From: an uncultured delta proteobacterium | GTDB taxonomy: Bacteria > Desulfobacterota > Binatia > DP-6 | Assembly (NCBI GenBank): GCA_963815115.1 | Contig: CAWFFN010000005.1 | Coordinates: forward strand, 1,248,001-1,312,000 | Length of the DNA stretch: 64,000 bases | Reading direction: 5' to 3' | Part shown: in pieces, positions 48,786 to 58,765 of the stretch | Layout of the letters: each line of letters begins with the position of its first letter | Numbering within the stretch: the first letter of the stretch is position 1 | The notes under the pieces: model-generated | What the model saw: only the letters and a program-made list of their open reading frames with translations | Databases searched by the model: none | Told to the model about the DNA's origin: nothing | Position numbers and translations under genes: made by a program

Positions 48786-49367
48786 TCAGCGCGGGAGCAG
48801 GCCCTGGTAGACGATCTGCTCGAAGACCGGCATCAGCTCGGCGTACGGAATGTGCTGCTGGAGCGACAGCATACCGCCGCTCAGGAAGAGCACGTAGGCG
48901 GCGCGCTCGGGATCGATGTCGCCGAACGTGCCCTCGCGGATTCCGTCGCGGATCACGTCGGCGATCATGGCCACGTTACGGCGCTGCATGTCTTCGTACA
49001 GCTGCTCGATCAGCGGCGCGAAAACGATGTCGGTGTCGCGCGTGACGATGGCGGTCATGAGCGCGTTCTCCGCCGCGAAGCTGACGCTGGCGGTGCCCAG
49101 CCCGCGCAGGCGCTCCACGGCCGTGCCCGGGCCCTCGAGCGCGCGGCGCGACTCCGCCAGCCAGGCGTCGTTCATGGCCTGCACCACGGCGAGGAAGACC
49201 GCTTCCTTGCCGGCGAAGTACCGGTACACCGTCCCGACCGCGACGCCCGCCGCGCGCGCGATCTCGGCGATGCTCGTCCGGCGGTACCCGAAGGCCTCGA
49301 AGCGCTGTCGCGCGGCATCGACGATCCGGGCCCTGGAGATCGCCTCCGGAGCGGGCCCGTTGGTCAT
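48786..49367 (-). CDS. TetR-family transcriptional regulator
   Basis: RI.DAA...F...GY..TS.AEIA.AAGVAVGTVYRYF.GKE. Confidence 0.93.
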   Translation of the reverse strand: MTNGPAPEAISRARIVDAARQRFEAFGYRRTSIAEIARAAGVAVGTVYRYFAGKEAVFLAVVQAMNDAWLAESRRALEGPGTAVERLRGLGTASVSFAAENALMTAIVTRDTDIVFAPLIEQLYEDMQRRNVAMIADVIRDGIREGTFGDIDPERAAYVLFLSGGMLSLQQHIPYAELMPVFEQIVYQGLLPR

Positions 49368-49395
49368 AATGAACGTTTGCCTCTAAACGTTCATT
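49368..49395. promoter_or_regulatory. Perfect inverted repeat, putative TetR autoregulatory operator
   Basis: AATGAACGTTT-GCCTCT-AAACGTTCATT abutting the ATG; TTGACA on minus strand at 49398-49403. Confidence 0.75.
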
Positions 49396-49407
49396 CCTGT
49401 CAAGACC

Positions 49408-49788
49408 TCACGCGGGCTCGGGGTCCGGATGCCCTTCTCGACCGGCGGGGAAGACCGAGTGCAGCTGATGGCGGGGATGCCGCAGCCGGAGCGCGCGCCG
49501 CCGTCCGACGCCGAGCTTCTGGCGCACCGCCTCGGCGTCGATGCCGACCATCGCGCACACGTTCTCGAAGCTGAACAGCCATTTCGTGTCGTCGGACGCG
49601 AACCAGCCCTCGACCCCGTCGATCAGGGAGCGGCTTCGCGCCAGTGACTCGGGGAGCGCGAGCGGTCGCGGCAGGGCGCGGCGTCGCTCGAGGTCCGCCA
49701 CGGCCTGTTCGAGTACGGCCAGTGCCAGCTGCTGCGCGGGGCTGGTGGGGCGGCTCCCGGGACCGTCGAAGGCTCCCACGCGACCCAT
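49408..49788 (-). CDS. Hypothetical protein (LAVLE.AV…WFASDD..W.FSFEN.C..G.D family)
   Basis: Recognisable recurring motif set; function unknown. Confidence 0.7.
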   Translation of the reverse strand: MGRVGAFDGPGSRPTSPAQQLALAVLEQAVADLERRRALPRPLALPESLARSRSLIDGVEGWFASDDTKWLFSFENVCAMVGIDAEAVRQKLGVGRRRALRLRHPRHQLHSVFPAGREGHPDPEPA

Positions 49789-49856
49789 GGTAGCCCGATT
49801 CGGCTTTTCCCGAAGGTGAACTTTCTGCGACAGGCGCCGCGACGATCGCGGCGCGG

Positions 49857-50480
49857 CTAGGGGGTGACGCGCCAGTCCGCGAAGTAGGGCAGCGCAGCGG
49901 CCGTGCGGGCGATGGCGTCCCGGGCGGCGAGCAGCTCGCCCGTCGTGTCCCAGGTGCCGTCGACGAGCTGCTGCCGTGCGGACTCCGGCATCGAGATCGG
50001 AAAGCTCGCGTCGCCCGCGGTGACGCGCATGGCCTCCAGGTCGACGTACATCTCGCGCGCGGGATTCGCCTCGCAGCGAGCCATCAGGTCGGCCACGGCG
50101 GCCGCATCGGCCGTCACGCAGGGGATGCCCAGCGCCAGACAGTTGCCGGCGAAGATCTCGGCGAACGACTCGCCCACGATGGCCTGGATGCCGCGGCCCC
50201 AGCGCATGATGGCCTGCGGGGCGTGCTCGCGCGACGAGCCGCAGCCGAAGTTGCGATTCACCAGCAGGACGCGGGCAGCCCGGAAGCGGGGATCGTCGAA
50301 CGGGTGCAGCTCACCCGCGGCCTTTGCCTGGGCGCGGTCGTCCTCGAACGCGGCGGCGCCCAGTCCCTCGAAGACGACGCTGCGGAGAAACCTGGCGGGG
50401 ATGATGCGATCGGTGTCGATGTCGTGGCCGCGGACCGGGATCGCCGGGCCGCCGCTCCGTACGCGCTTGGCCTCCTCCAT
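49857..50480 (-). CDS. leuD: 3-isopropylmalate dehydratase small subunit
   Basis: DIDTDRIIPARFL, NFGCGSSREHAPQA, ESFAEIF.GNC. Confidence 0.93.
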   Translation of the reverse strand: MEEAKRVRSGGPAIPVRGHDIDTDRIIPARFLRSVVFEGLGAAAFEDDRAQAKAAGELHPFDDPRFRAARVLLVNRNFGCGSSREHAPQAIMRWGRGIQAIVGESFAEIFAGNCLALGIPCVTADAAAVADLMARCEANPAREMYVDLEAMRVTAGDASFPISMPESARQQLVDGTWDTTGELLAARDAIARTAAALPYFADWRVTP

Positions 50481-50482
50481 GA

Positions 50483-51910
50483 TCAGGCTCCTTCCGTGTC
50501 GATGCCGAAGAGCTCGCGAGCGTCGGTCACCTCGCCGGCGATGGCGGCGGCGGCGACCATGACGGGCGACATGAGGAGCGTGCGGCCCGTCGGCGAGCCC
50601 TGGCGGCCCTTGAAGTTGCGGTTGGACGACGAGGCGCACAGCTGGGTGCCTTCGAGCTTGTCGGGATTCATGGCGAGGCACATCGAGCAGCCCGCCTCGC
50701 GGAAGTCGAAGCCCGCGTCGCGGAAGACCCGATCCCATCCGCGGCGCACCGCCTCCTCGCGCACGCGCTGCGAGCCGGGCACCACCAGCGCCTGCACGTG
50801 CGGCGCGACCCGGAAGCTGCGGCCGCGGATGCGCCGCACCACCTCCTCGAGATCGGAGAGCCGGCCGTTGGTGCACGAGCCGATGAACGCGACGTCGATC
50901 TTCGTGCCGCGGATGGGCTTGCCGGGCTCGAGACGCATGTAGCGATAGGCCTCGCCGACCAGCGGGCGCTCGGCCTCGGGAAAGTCGCCGGCCGCGGGCA
51001 GTGCCGCGCCCACCGGCGTCGACTGACCCGGCGTGATCCCCCAGGTGACGACGGGCTCGATGTCCTCGCCGCGCAGGCGCACCACGTCGTCGTAGTGCGC
51101 GTCCGGGTCGCTTCGCATCGATTCCCAGTAGGCCACCGCCCGATCCCACGCCGGCTCGCCGGGCACGAAATCGCGGCCCCGGAGATAGTCGTAGGTGGTG
51201 CGGTCGGGATTGACGTAGCCGCAGCGCGCGCCGCCCTCGATGGACATGTTGCACACCGTCATCCGCTCCTCCATCGAGAAGCGATCGATGACCTCGCCCG
51301 CGTACTCGTAGGCGTAGCCCACGCCGCCGTGCACCCCGAGGCGGTTGATGATCCAGAGGATCACGTCCTTGGCGTAGACGCCGGGACGCAGCCGGCCGTT
51401 CACCTCGATGCGGCGGACGCGGAGCTTGTCCATGGCGAGGCACTGGCTGGCGAGGACGTCGCGGACCTGCGACGTGCCGATACCGAAGGCGATGGCACCG
51501 AACGCGCCGTGCGTGGAGGTGTGGGAGTCGCCGCAGCAGATCGTCATGCCGGGCTGGGTCAGCCCGCGCTCGGGCCCGATCACGTGGACGATGCCCTGCT
51601 CGCCCGCGCTTGGCGCGAAATAGCGCAGGCCGTGTTCGGCGACGTTGCGCTCGAGGTGCTGGAGCATCTCCTCGGCCATCGGGTCGGCGAGCGGACGCGC
51701 CTGGCTGTGCGTCGGGATGATGTGGTCGACGGTCGCGAAGGTGCGCTCGGGGTAGAGAACCCGCAGTCCGCGGTCCCGCAGCATCGAGAACGCCTGCGGG
51801 GAGGTGACCTCGTGGATGAGATGGAGCCCCATCAGGAGCTGGTACTGGCCCGAGGGCAGCTGGCGCACGGTGTGCGCGTCGAAGACCTTCTCGTAGAGCG
51901 TGCGGCTCAT
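50483..51910 (-). CDS. leuC: 3-isopropylmalate dehydratase large subunit
   Basis: [52 protein letters not shown]. Confidence 0.96.
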   Translation of the reverse strand: MSRTLYEKVFDAHTVRQLPSGQYQLLMGLHLIHEVTSPQAFSMLRDRGLRVLYPERTFATVDHIIPTHSQARPLADPMAEEMLQHLERNVAEHGLRYFAPSAGEQGIVHVIGPERGLTQPGMTICCGDSHTSTHGAFGAIAFGIGTSQVRDVLASQCLAMDKLRVRRIEVNGRLRPGVYAKDVILWIINRLGVHGGVGYAYEYAGEVIDRFSMEERMTVCNMSIEGGARCGYVNPDRTTYDYLRGRDFVPGEPAWDRAVAYWESMRSDPDAHYDDVVRLRGEDIEPVVTWGITPGQSTPVGAALPAAGDFPEAERPLVGEAYRYMRLEPGKPIRGTKIDVAFIGSCTNGRLSDLEEVVRRIRGRSFRVAPHVQALVVPGSQRVREEAVRRGWDRVFRDAGFDFREAGCSMCLAMNPDKLEGTQLCASSSNRNFKGRQGSPTGRTLLMSPVMVAAAAIAGEVTDARELFGIDTEGA

Positions 51911-52377
51911 GGAGCCTCCTTGGCGTGGCGGGTCGCGTAGGACTCCAGCCGGGTGATCAGCTCGCCGCTCAAGTCGGTGAAGGCGGCGAGCGCGCGGGGA
52001 TCGAGGTCCATCCAGACGACGTCGACCGCCCGGCGGCGGAGTCCGCGCAGCGCGTCCAGCGTCTTGCGGCCGCGCGCGGTGAGCTGGTAGCGGCGCTGGC
52101 GGCCGTCGGTGTCGGAGACCGACACCGTGATGAGCCGCTTGCGCAGGAGCTGGCGGATGATGCGGGACACGGCCGGCGGGCTCGAGTCGCGGTGGCGGGC
52201 GAAGAGCGACGGCATGAAGCGCTCGCTGGCGATGCGCTCGAGCACGTCCCACTGTGCCTCGGTGAGGCCCGCGCCCTGGGCGAGCTGGGCACGGCGCTGG
52301 CGAAACAGGTCCACCAGGCGCTGCAACCGGCCGATGGCCTCGTAAACGTCGGCCGTCTGCGCCGTCCGTGCCTTCAT
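51907..52377 (-). CDS. MarR-family transcriptional regulator
   Basis: GLTEAQW.VL, AVSR.IRQL, D.RQR.Y.LT.RG; ATGA overlap with leuC. Confidence 0.88.
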   Translation of the reverse strand: MKARTAQTADVYEAIGRLQRLVDLFRQRRAQLAQGAGLTEAQWDVLERIASERFMPSLFARHRDSSPPAVSRIIRQLLRKRLITVSVSDTDGRQRRYQLTARGRKTLDALRGLRRRAVDVVWMDLDPRALAAFTDLSGELITRLESYATRHAKEAP

Positions 52378-52385
52378 GCAGGCCA

Positions 52386-52407
52386 ATAGTTAACACATGT
52401 CAATTAT
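52386..52407. promoter_or_regulatory. AT-rich imperfect palindrome, putative MarR operator
   Basis: ATAGTTAACACATGTCAATTAT (16/22 self-complementary), contains TTGACA on the minus strand. Confidence 0.65.
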
Positions 52408-52479
52408 CGTGCGCAAGAGGCTTCCGGAGGGATGCGCAGGTCGCCCGGCGCGCAGCGGTCTGGTAGCACCGGCCCCGTC

Positions 52480-53235
52480 ATGCCCGCTTTCGAGCTTCCC
52501 GCGGTCGCCGTGCACGACCTCCGCAAACGCTTCGCGCGCACGACGGCGCTGGCCGGGGTGTCCTTCGAGGTGCGCGCGGGAGAGGTCGTCGGGCTGCTCG
52601 GCGCCAACGGCGCGGGCAAGACCACGACCCTGCACATCCTGCTCGGGTTGATCCTGCCCAGCGCGGGTCGCGTCGAGCTGTTCGGCCACGGGCCGCGCGC
52701 GAACGGGAAGGCGGCGCTCCGTCGGGTGGGCTTCGCGTCGCCCGAGGCGCTGATGGACTGGCGCCTGACGGTCGCCGAGAACCTGCGCATCTATGCGGGC
52801 CTGTACGGGGTGGGCCGGCACGCGGTCGAACGCATGGTCGAGCGCTTCGAGCTCGAGCCGCTGGCGCGCCAGCCTTTCGGCGAGCTGTCGCTCGGGCAAC
52901 AGACCCGTGCCGGCCTGGCCCGCGCTCTGCTGCACGATCCGGATCTGCTCGTGCTCGACGAGCCCACCGCGAGCCTCGACCCCGACATCGCCGACAAGAC
53001 CCGCGGCCTTCTGCTCCAGGTGCGCCGCGAACGCGGCCTCGCGATCCTCTACTCGTCGCACAACATGACCGAGGTGGAGGACGTCTGCGATCGCGTGGTC
53101 TTCGTTCACCACGGCCGCGTGGTGGCCGAGGGCACGCCGCTCGCGGTCTCGCGCCAGGTGCTCGGCAGCGACGCGCTCGACGCCGCCTCGATGCAGGAGG
53201 TGTTCTTGAAGATCTCCCGGGGGGGCGCGGCATGA
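52480..53235 (+). CDS. ABC-2 type exporter ATP-binding protein
   Basis: GANGAGKTT, LSLGQ, LDEPT. Confidence 0.93.
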   Translation: MPAFELPAVAVHDLRKRFARTTALAGVSFEVRAGEVVGLLGANGAGKTTTLHILLGLILPSAGRVELFGHGPRANGKAALRRVGFASPEALMDWRLTVAENLRIYAGLYGVGRHAVERMVERFELEPLARQPFGELSLGQQTRAGLARALLHDPDLLVLDEPTASLDPDIADKTRGLLLQVRRERGLAILYSSHNMTEVEDVCDRVVFVHHGRVVAEGTPLAVSRQVLGSDALDAASMQEVFLKISRGGAA

Positions 53236-54017
53236 GCCGGCGCATCGGGGCACTCCTGCTGCGCTACCTGCTCCTCATCCGGCGCGACTACTCGCGGGTC
53301 GTCGACCTCGTCTACTGGCCCCTGCTCGACATCACCGTGTGGGGCCTCTTCACCTTCTTCATCTGGCGCGCGCAGATGCAGCTGCCGAACGCGATGGCGA
53401 TACTGCTGGGCGGGGCCATCCTGTGGAACGTCTTCCTGCGCGCGGCCCAGGACGTCAGCGTCTCCTTCCTCGACGACGTGTGGGCGCGCTCGGTGGTGAC
53501 CGTCTTCGCCTCGCCGCTCACCTTCGCCGAGTTCGCGGTCTCCGTCATGCTGGTCGGCCTGGTGAAGGTGGTCATGTCGCTCGCGCTCATGGGGCTGGCC
53601 GCGTGGGCGCTCTATGCCTTCCGCCTGACCACGCTCGGCTGGGCGCTCCTGCCGTTCGCCGGCAACCTCGTTCTCTTCGGCTGGACGCTCGGCCTGGTGG
53701 CCTTCGCCATCATCCTGCGCTTCGGCGGCCGCTGGCAGATCCTCGCCTGGAGCCTGCCCTTCACGGTCCTGCCCGTGTCGTGCGTCTTCTATCCGGTCTC
53801 GGTGCTACCGCCGGGCCTGCAGGTCGTGGCCCGCGCCTTGCCGGCGACGCACGTCTTCGAGGGCATGCGGACGGTGCTCCTCGAGCACCGCATCGCGTGG
53901 GACCAGCTCGCCTGGGCGAGCGCGCTCAACCTCGGCTATCTCGCCCTCGCGGCATCGCTCGTGGCCCTGGCGCTCCGCATCGCGCTGGAGCGCGGCTTGC
54001 TGCCGAAGATCCGCTGA
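53232..54017 (+). CDS. ABC-2 type exporter permease
   Basis: Six TM segments, FYPVSVLP..LQ….LP.T.VFEGMR. Confidence 0.9.
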   Translation: MSRRIGALLLRYLLLIRRDYSRVVDLVYWPLLDITVWGLFTFFIWRAQMQLPNAMAILLGGAILWNVFLRAAQDVSVSFLDDVWARSVVTVFASPLTFAEFAVSVMLVGLVKVVMSLALMGLAAWALYAFRLTTLGWALLPFAGNLVLFGWTLGLVAFAIILRFGGRWQILAWSLPFTVLPVSCVFYPVSVLPPGLQVVARALPATHVFEGMRTVLLEHRIAWDQLAWASALNLGYLALAASLVALALRIALERGLLPKIR

Positions 54018-54030
54018 GGTCGGCGCCGGG

Positions 54031-55200
54031 TCACCGAGCAGCCGCGATGCCGGGAACGTGGCGCGCGTTTCGCACGATCAGCGCATTGATCAGGATCGTC
54101 ACCAGCGACGTCCCGAGGATGGCGTCGTAGAGCGGGCGTGTCAGGAGGCCGTGGTCGAGGCCGACCTTGCCGAGGATGTAGGAGAACTCGCCGATCTGGG
54201 TCATGGTCAGGGCGGCGAATGTCGCCGTGGCGGTCGGGTAGCCGGCCGCACGGATGATGCCGGTCCACACGCCGAGCTTACCGAGCGAGACCAGCAGCAC
54301 CATGGCGATGACCGCTGGCAGCTCGGCGATCAGCACCGCTGGCCGGATCAGCATCCCGACCGAGACGAAGAAGATCGCGACGAAGATGTCGCGGATCGGC
54401 AGCACGCGGTCGAGCGCCCGATGCGCCAGTTGTGATTCGCTGATCACCATGCCGGCCAGGAACGCGCCCAGCGCGTGCGACAGGCCGAGCACCACCGTGA
54501 GTGCGGCCGTCGCCATGGCGATGGTCACGGCCGTGAGGAGTAGCAGCTCGTCGTTGGCCGTCCGGGCGACGGCGACGAGAATGCGCGGGATGACGTAGCG
54601 CGCCAGCCACACCGTCGGGACGAGGATCAGCGTGGCGAGCAGAAGACCGCGAGCGAGCGAGAGCAGATGACTGCCGCTGGACGGACCGAGGGCCGGAATG
54701 AGCAGCGTCATCACCACCACCGCGAGATCCTCGACCAGGGTGATCCCGACGACGACCTGCCCGTGCGGCGCGGTGAGCTCGCCGCGTTCCATGAGGAGCT
54801 TCAGCAGGACCATGGTGCTGGCCACGCTCAGCGCGGCCCCCACCACGACCGATGCGGTCGTCCCCCACCCGAGGAACCAGCCGACCCCGACGGCGAGGAG
54901 CGTGATCAGGACGATGCCGAGCGGTCCGCCGATCAGCGCCAGGCGGCCGACGCGCACCAGCTCGCGCAGGGAGAACTCGACCCCGATCGAGAACATCAGC
55001 AGGATGACGCCGATCTCGGCGATCTGCTCGAACGGGTGCGGGTCGGCGATGGTCGGCCCCGGCGTGAAGGGACCGACCAGGATGCCCGCCAGGACGTAGC
55101 CGACGATCAGCGGCTGGCGCAGGAGCTGCGCGAGCATCGCCCCGCCGCAGGCGGCGAGGAAGAGCAGGCCGAAATCGAGGAAGAACCGGGTCTCGTGCAC
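54031..55200 (-). CDS. CPA2-family cation:proton antiporter (YbaL/RosB/Kef-like), membrane domain only
   Basis: GY.LAG..VGP, EIGVILLMFSIG.EFS, LGAFLAG, QIGEFS. Confidence 0.9.
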   Translation of the reverse strand: MHETRFFLDFGLLFLAACGGAMLAQLLRQPLIVGYVLAGILVGPFTPGPTIADPHPFEQIAEIGVILLMFSIGVEFSLRELVRVGRLALIGGPLGIVLITLLAVGVGWFLGWGTTASVVVGAALSVASTMVLLKLLMERGELTAPHGQVVVGITLVEDLAVVVMTLLIPALGPSSGSHLLSLARGLLLATLILVPTVWLARYVIPRILVAVARTANDELLLLTAVTIAMATAALTVVLGLSHALGAFLAGMVISESQLAHRALDRVLPIRDIFVAIFFVSVGMLIRPAVLIAELPAVIAMVLLVSLGKLGVWTGIIRAAGYPTATATFAALTMTQIGEFSYILGKVGLDHGLLTRPLYDAILGTSLVTILINALIVRNARHVPGIAAAR

Positions 55201-55203
55201 ACG

Positions 55204-56112
<909 letters not shown>

Positions 56113-56215
56113 CCGTGCCGTCCCCCGTTGCCGACCTCCTAGCCCGCGCCCGAAGCCCGGGCAAACCCGACGCGGGGCTCGCCTTCTTGGCGGGTTTGGA
56201 CTATCCTCCGCCACC

Positions 56216-56515
56216 ATGCGCCGGATGCTGCTCGTCGGCTGCCTCGCTGTTGCCCTCGCCTCGCACGCCGGGGCGGGCACGGAGCAGACCGTCGAGGGGA
56301 TCGCGCCGCCCGCAGAGCAGGAGGTCAACGGCTTCGGCCCCGGCCAGGAGCAGGTGGTCGAGGGCTTCGGCAGCGGGACCGAGCAGGTCGTCGAGGGCAC
56401 GGCCCCGGCGAGCGACGCGGCAAAGCTGGCGTCCAACGTGGGAAAGGTGGCCATCGGTGTGACCGCTGCCGGTGTCTCCCTCGCGGCCATGGCCGCGATG
56501 CTGATGTTCCTCTGA
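56216..56515 (+). CDS. Small exported/membrane-anchored protein with four 11-aa EQxVxG repeats
   Basis: Signal peptide; 33-bp repeats 56282-56413; C-terminal TM. Confidence 0.7.
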   Translation: MRRMLLVGCLAVALASHAGAGTEQTVEGIAPPAEQEVNGFGPGQEQVVEGFGSGTEQVVEGTAPASDAAKLASNVGKVAIGVTAAGVSLAAMAAMLMFL

Positions 56516-56737
56516 AATCGTTGACCGTCGGGGGGAGGGTGGCTTTTCCTCCGCCGATGGGGTAGATGCGACACTGAACCCGGGCCGAGCGCATAGGCGA
56601 CGCGCTCAGAAGCCCACCCGCGCGCGAGCGACGCGCAAGCCGAGGGCGCACGCGGTCACGAGGCGCGAGGCCCGAGGGCCTTGCGAAGCCGGTCCGCCAG
56701 GTCCTCATCGGCCTGGCCTCCAGCGAATGGAAGCACG

Positions 56738-58765
56738 GTGGAGACCCTGGAAAGCACAGCCCTGGAGATTCCTGCCACGGTCGGTCTCGACGACATCCGT
56801 CGTACGGCGCGCGAGCGCTTCGGGATATCGCGGCTCTATCGCGAGCAGGAGCGAGCCATCACGTCGGTCCTCGAGGGCCGCGACACGTTGCTCGTCATGC
56901 CCACGGGCGGTGGCAAGTCGCTGTGCTACCAGCTGCCGTCGCTGCTCTTGCCGCAGCCCACGGTCGTGGTCTCGCCGCTCCTCGCGCTGCTCGAAGACCA
57001 GTATCTGAAGATGCAGCAGTTCGGCGTCCCGACCGTTCGCCTCGACAGCACGGTGGGCGTCGCGGATCGTCGCGAGGGTCTGGCGCGCATCGCGAAGGGC
57101 GGTCCGTTGCTGATCCTGACCACCCCGGAGACGCTCGCCGGCAACGAGCTCGGCCGCTTGCTCGAGATCGTGCCGCCCGCCCTGGTGGCGGTGGACGAGG
57201 CGCACTGCATCTCGGAGTGGGGCCACGATTTCCGTCCCGCCTACCTCGCGCTCGGGCAGCGCCTGCAGCAGCTCCAGGCCGGTCGCATCCTCGGCCTGAC
57301 GGCCACGGCGACTCCGCCCGTGCGCGACGACATCGTGCGCTACCTGGCGCTGCGCGAGCCGGACATCATCGTCTCGTCCCCGCACCGCCAGAACCTGCTC
57401 TTCGAGGTGCGGCGCGCCGGCGGCGACGAGAAGCTGCGCCAGCTCGCCAAGCTCGCCCGGCGCTTGCCGCGTCCGGGCATCGTGTACTGCTCCACCACGA
57501 AGTCGGTCGAGGACGTGTGGCTCGGGCTCCGCCTCATCAAGGTCCCGTGCGCGCGCTACCACGGGAAGATGACCGACAAGGATCGCACGCAGCACATGGC
57601 TCGCTTCATGCGCAAGGGCAAGCGCATCGTCATGGTGGCGACGAGCGCGTTCGGCCTCGGCATCGACAAGCCGGACATCCGCTACATCGTGCACTACCAG
57701 GCGCCGGCGTCCCTCGAGCGCTACGTGCAGGAGGCCGGACGCGCGGGTCGCGACGGGCAGATCGCCCGCTGCATCCTGCTCTTCGACGAGAGCGATCTCG
57801 CGATCCAGGAGCATCTCCTGGCGCTCTCCCGCCTGTCGCCGACTCTGCTCGGGCGCTTCGGGCGCGCACTCGCCGCCTGGGCGGGTGAGGAGCGCGACGC
57901 CAACATCGAAGAGCTGGCGCTCTCGGCGGGCATCTCGCAGCGCGCGGCCAGCTCGCTGGTGACCGTGCTCGTCGAGGCGGGGATCTGCGAGCGCGTGCCG
58001 GGAGGGCGCGTCCATCCGACGGTGGCGCTCGATACGCTCGTCGAGCGTGTCGAGGGACTGCGCAGCCGCTTCGAGATCCTCCGGCGCGAGGACGCGCGCC
58101 GCCTGCGCGCCGTCGTCGAGTACGCGACCGAGGCGGGCTGCCGGAGCGACGCCTTGCGGCGTTACTTCGGTGACGTCGACTCCCGTCCGTGCGGGCGGTG
58201 CGACCTCTGTCGCGCCCAGGGCGTGGCGGAGCCTGCGCGTCCGGGCCGGCGGCGGCGCCATCGCGATCGCCGCCGCGGCGGCGTCGCGCCCGGAGTGACG
58301 GCACCGCCGGCAGGCGAGGGAATCGCCGCCGCACCGGCCGAGGACGGCGAGCGGCGTCGCCGTCGGCGTCGGCGGGGACGGCGGCGCGGGGGCGCCGGCC
58401 CGGTGCCGCAGCAGCCGGTTCAAGCTGCTGCCCCGCCACCACCATCCTTCGCGCTGCCTCCGCTCGATCCGGAGGCAGACGATCTCGCCGCCGAGCTGGG
58501 CGCGCCCGGGCTGCCTCCGTCTCCGACCGACGGCACTGCTGCCGGCGCGCCTCCTCCCCCGGGGCGAGCAGGCACCGCCGGCGGCGGCGCCGGCGCCGCA
58601 GTCACGGAGCGCGGACCGAGACCACGTCGACCTCGAGCCCGTCTCAGGCGTAGCGAAGCGCCTCGACCGGCGCCCGGCGTGTCGCTTGCAGGACCGGCGG
58701 CAGGGCGGCGAGCGCCGCCAGAGCCGGGGGCAGCAGCGCGGCGGCGGCGACGAGCCGGGGAGTGA
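56738..58765 (+). CDS. recQ: RecQ-family ATP-dependent DNA helicase with Arg/Pro-rich tail (3' end possibly frameshifted, true stop may be 58653)
   Basis: MPTGGGKS, VDEAHCISEWGHDFRP, LTATAT, QEAGRAGRDG, RQC Zn CR…CG.CD.C. Confidence 0.9.
   Translation: METLESTALEIPATVGLDDIRRTARERFGISRLYREQERAITSVLEGRDTLLVMPTGGGKSLCYQLPSLLLPQPTVVVSPLLALLEDQYLKMQQFGVPTVRLDSTVGVADRREGLARIAKGGPLLILTTPETLAGNELGRLLEIVPPALVAVDEAHCISEWGHDFRPAYLALGQRLQQLQAGRILGLTATATPPVRDDIVRYLALREPDIIVSSPHRQNLLFEVRRAGGDEKLRQLAKLARRLPRPGIVYCSTTKSVEDVWLGLRLIKVPCARYHGKMTDKDRTQHMARFMRKGKRIVMVATSAFGLGIDKPDIRYIVHYQAPASLERYVQEAGRAGRDGQIARCILLFDESDLAIQEHLLALSRLSPTLLGRFGRALAAWAGEERDANIEELALSAGISQRAASSLVTVLVEAGICERVPGGRVHPTVALDTLVERVEGLRSRFEILRREDARRLRAVVEYATEAGCRSDALRRYFGDVDSRPCGRCDLCRAQGVAEPARPGRRRRHRDRRRGGVAPGVTAPPAGEGIAAAPAEDGERRRRRRRRGRRRGGAGPVPQQPVQAAAPPPPSFALPPLDPEADDLAAELGAPGLPPSPTDGTAAGAPPPPGRAGTAGGGAGAAVTERGPRPRRPRARLRRSEAPRPAPGVSLAGPAAGRRAPPEPGAAARRRRRAGE

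Noticed and set aside
56520-56735. GC-rich hairpins upstream of recQ as a possible ncRNA
   Set aside because: No recognisable family motif and no second copy for comparison; pairing is expected at this GC content
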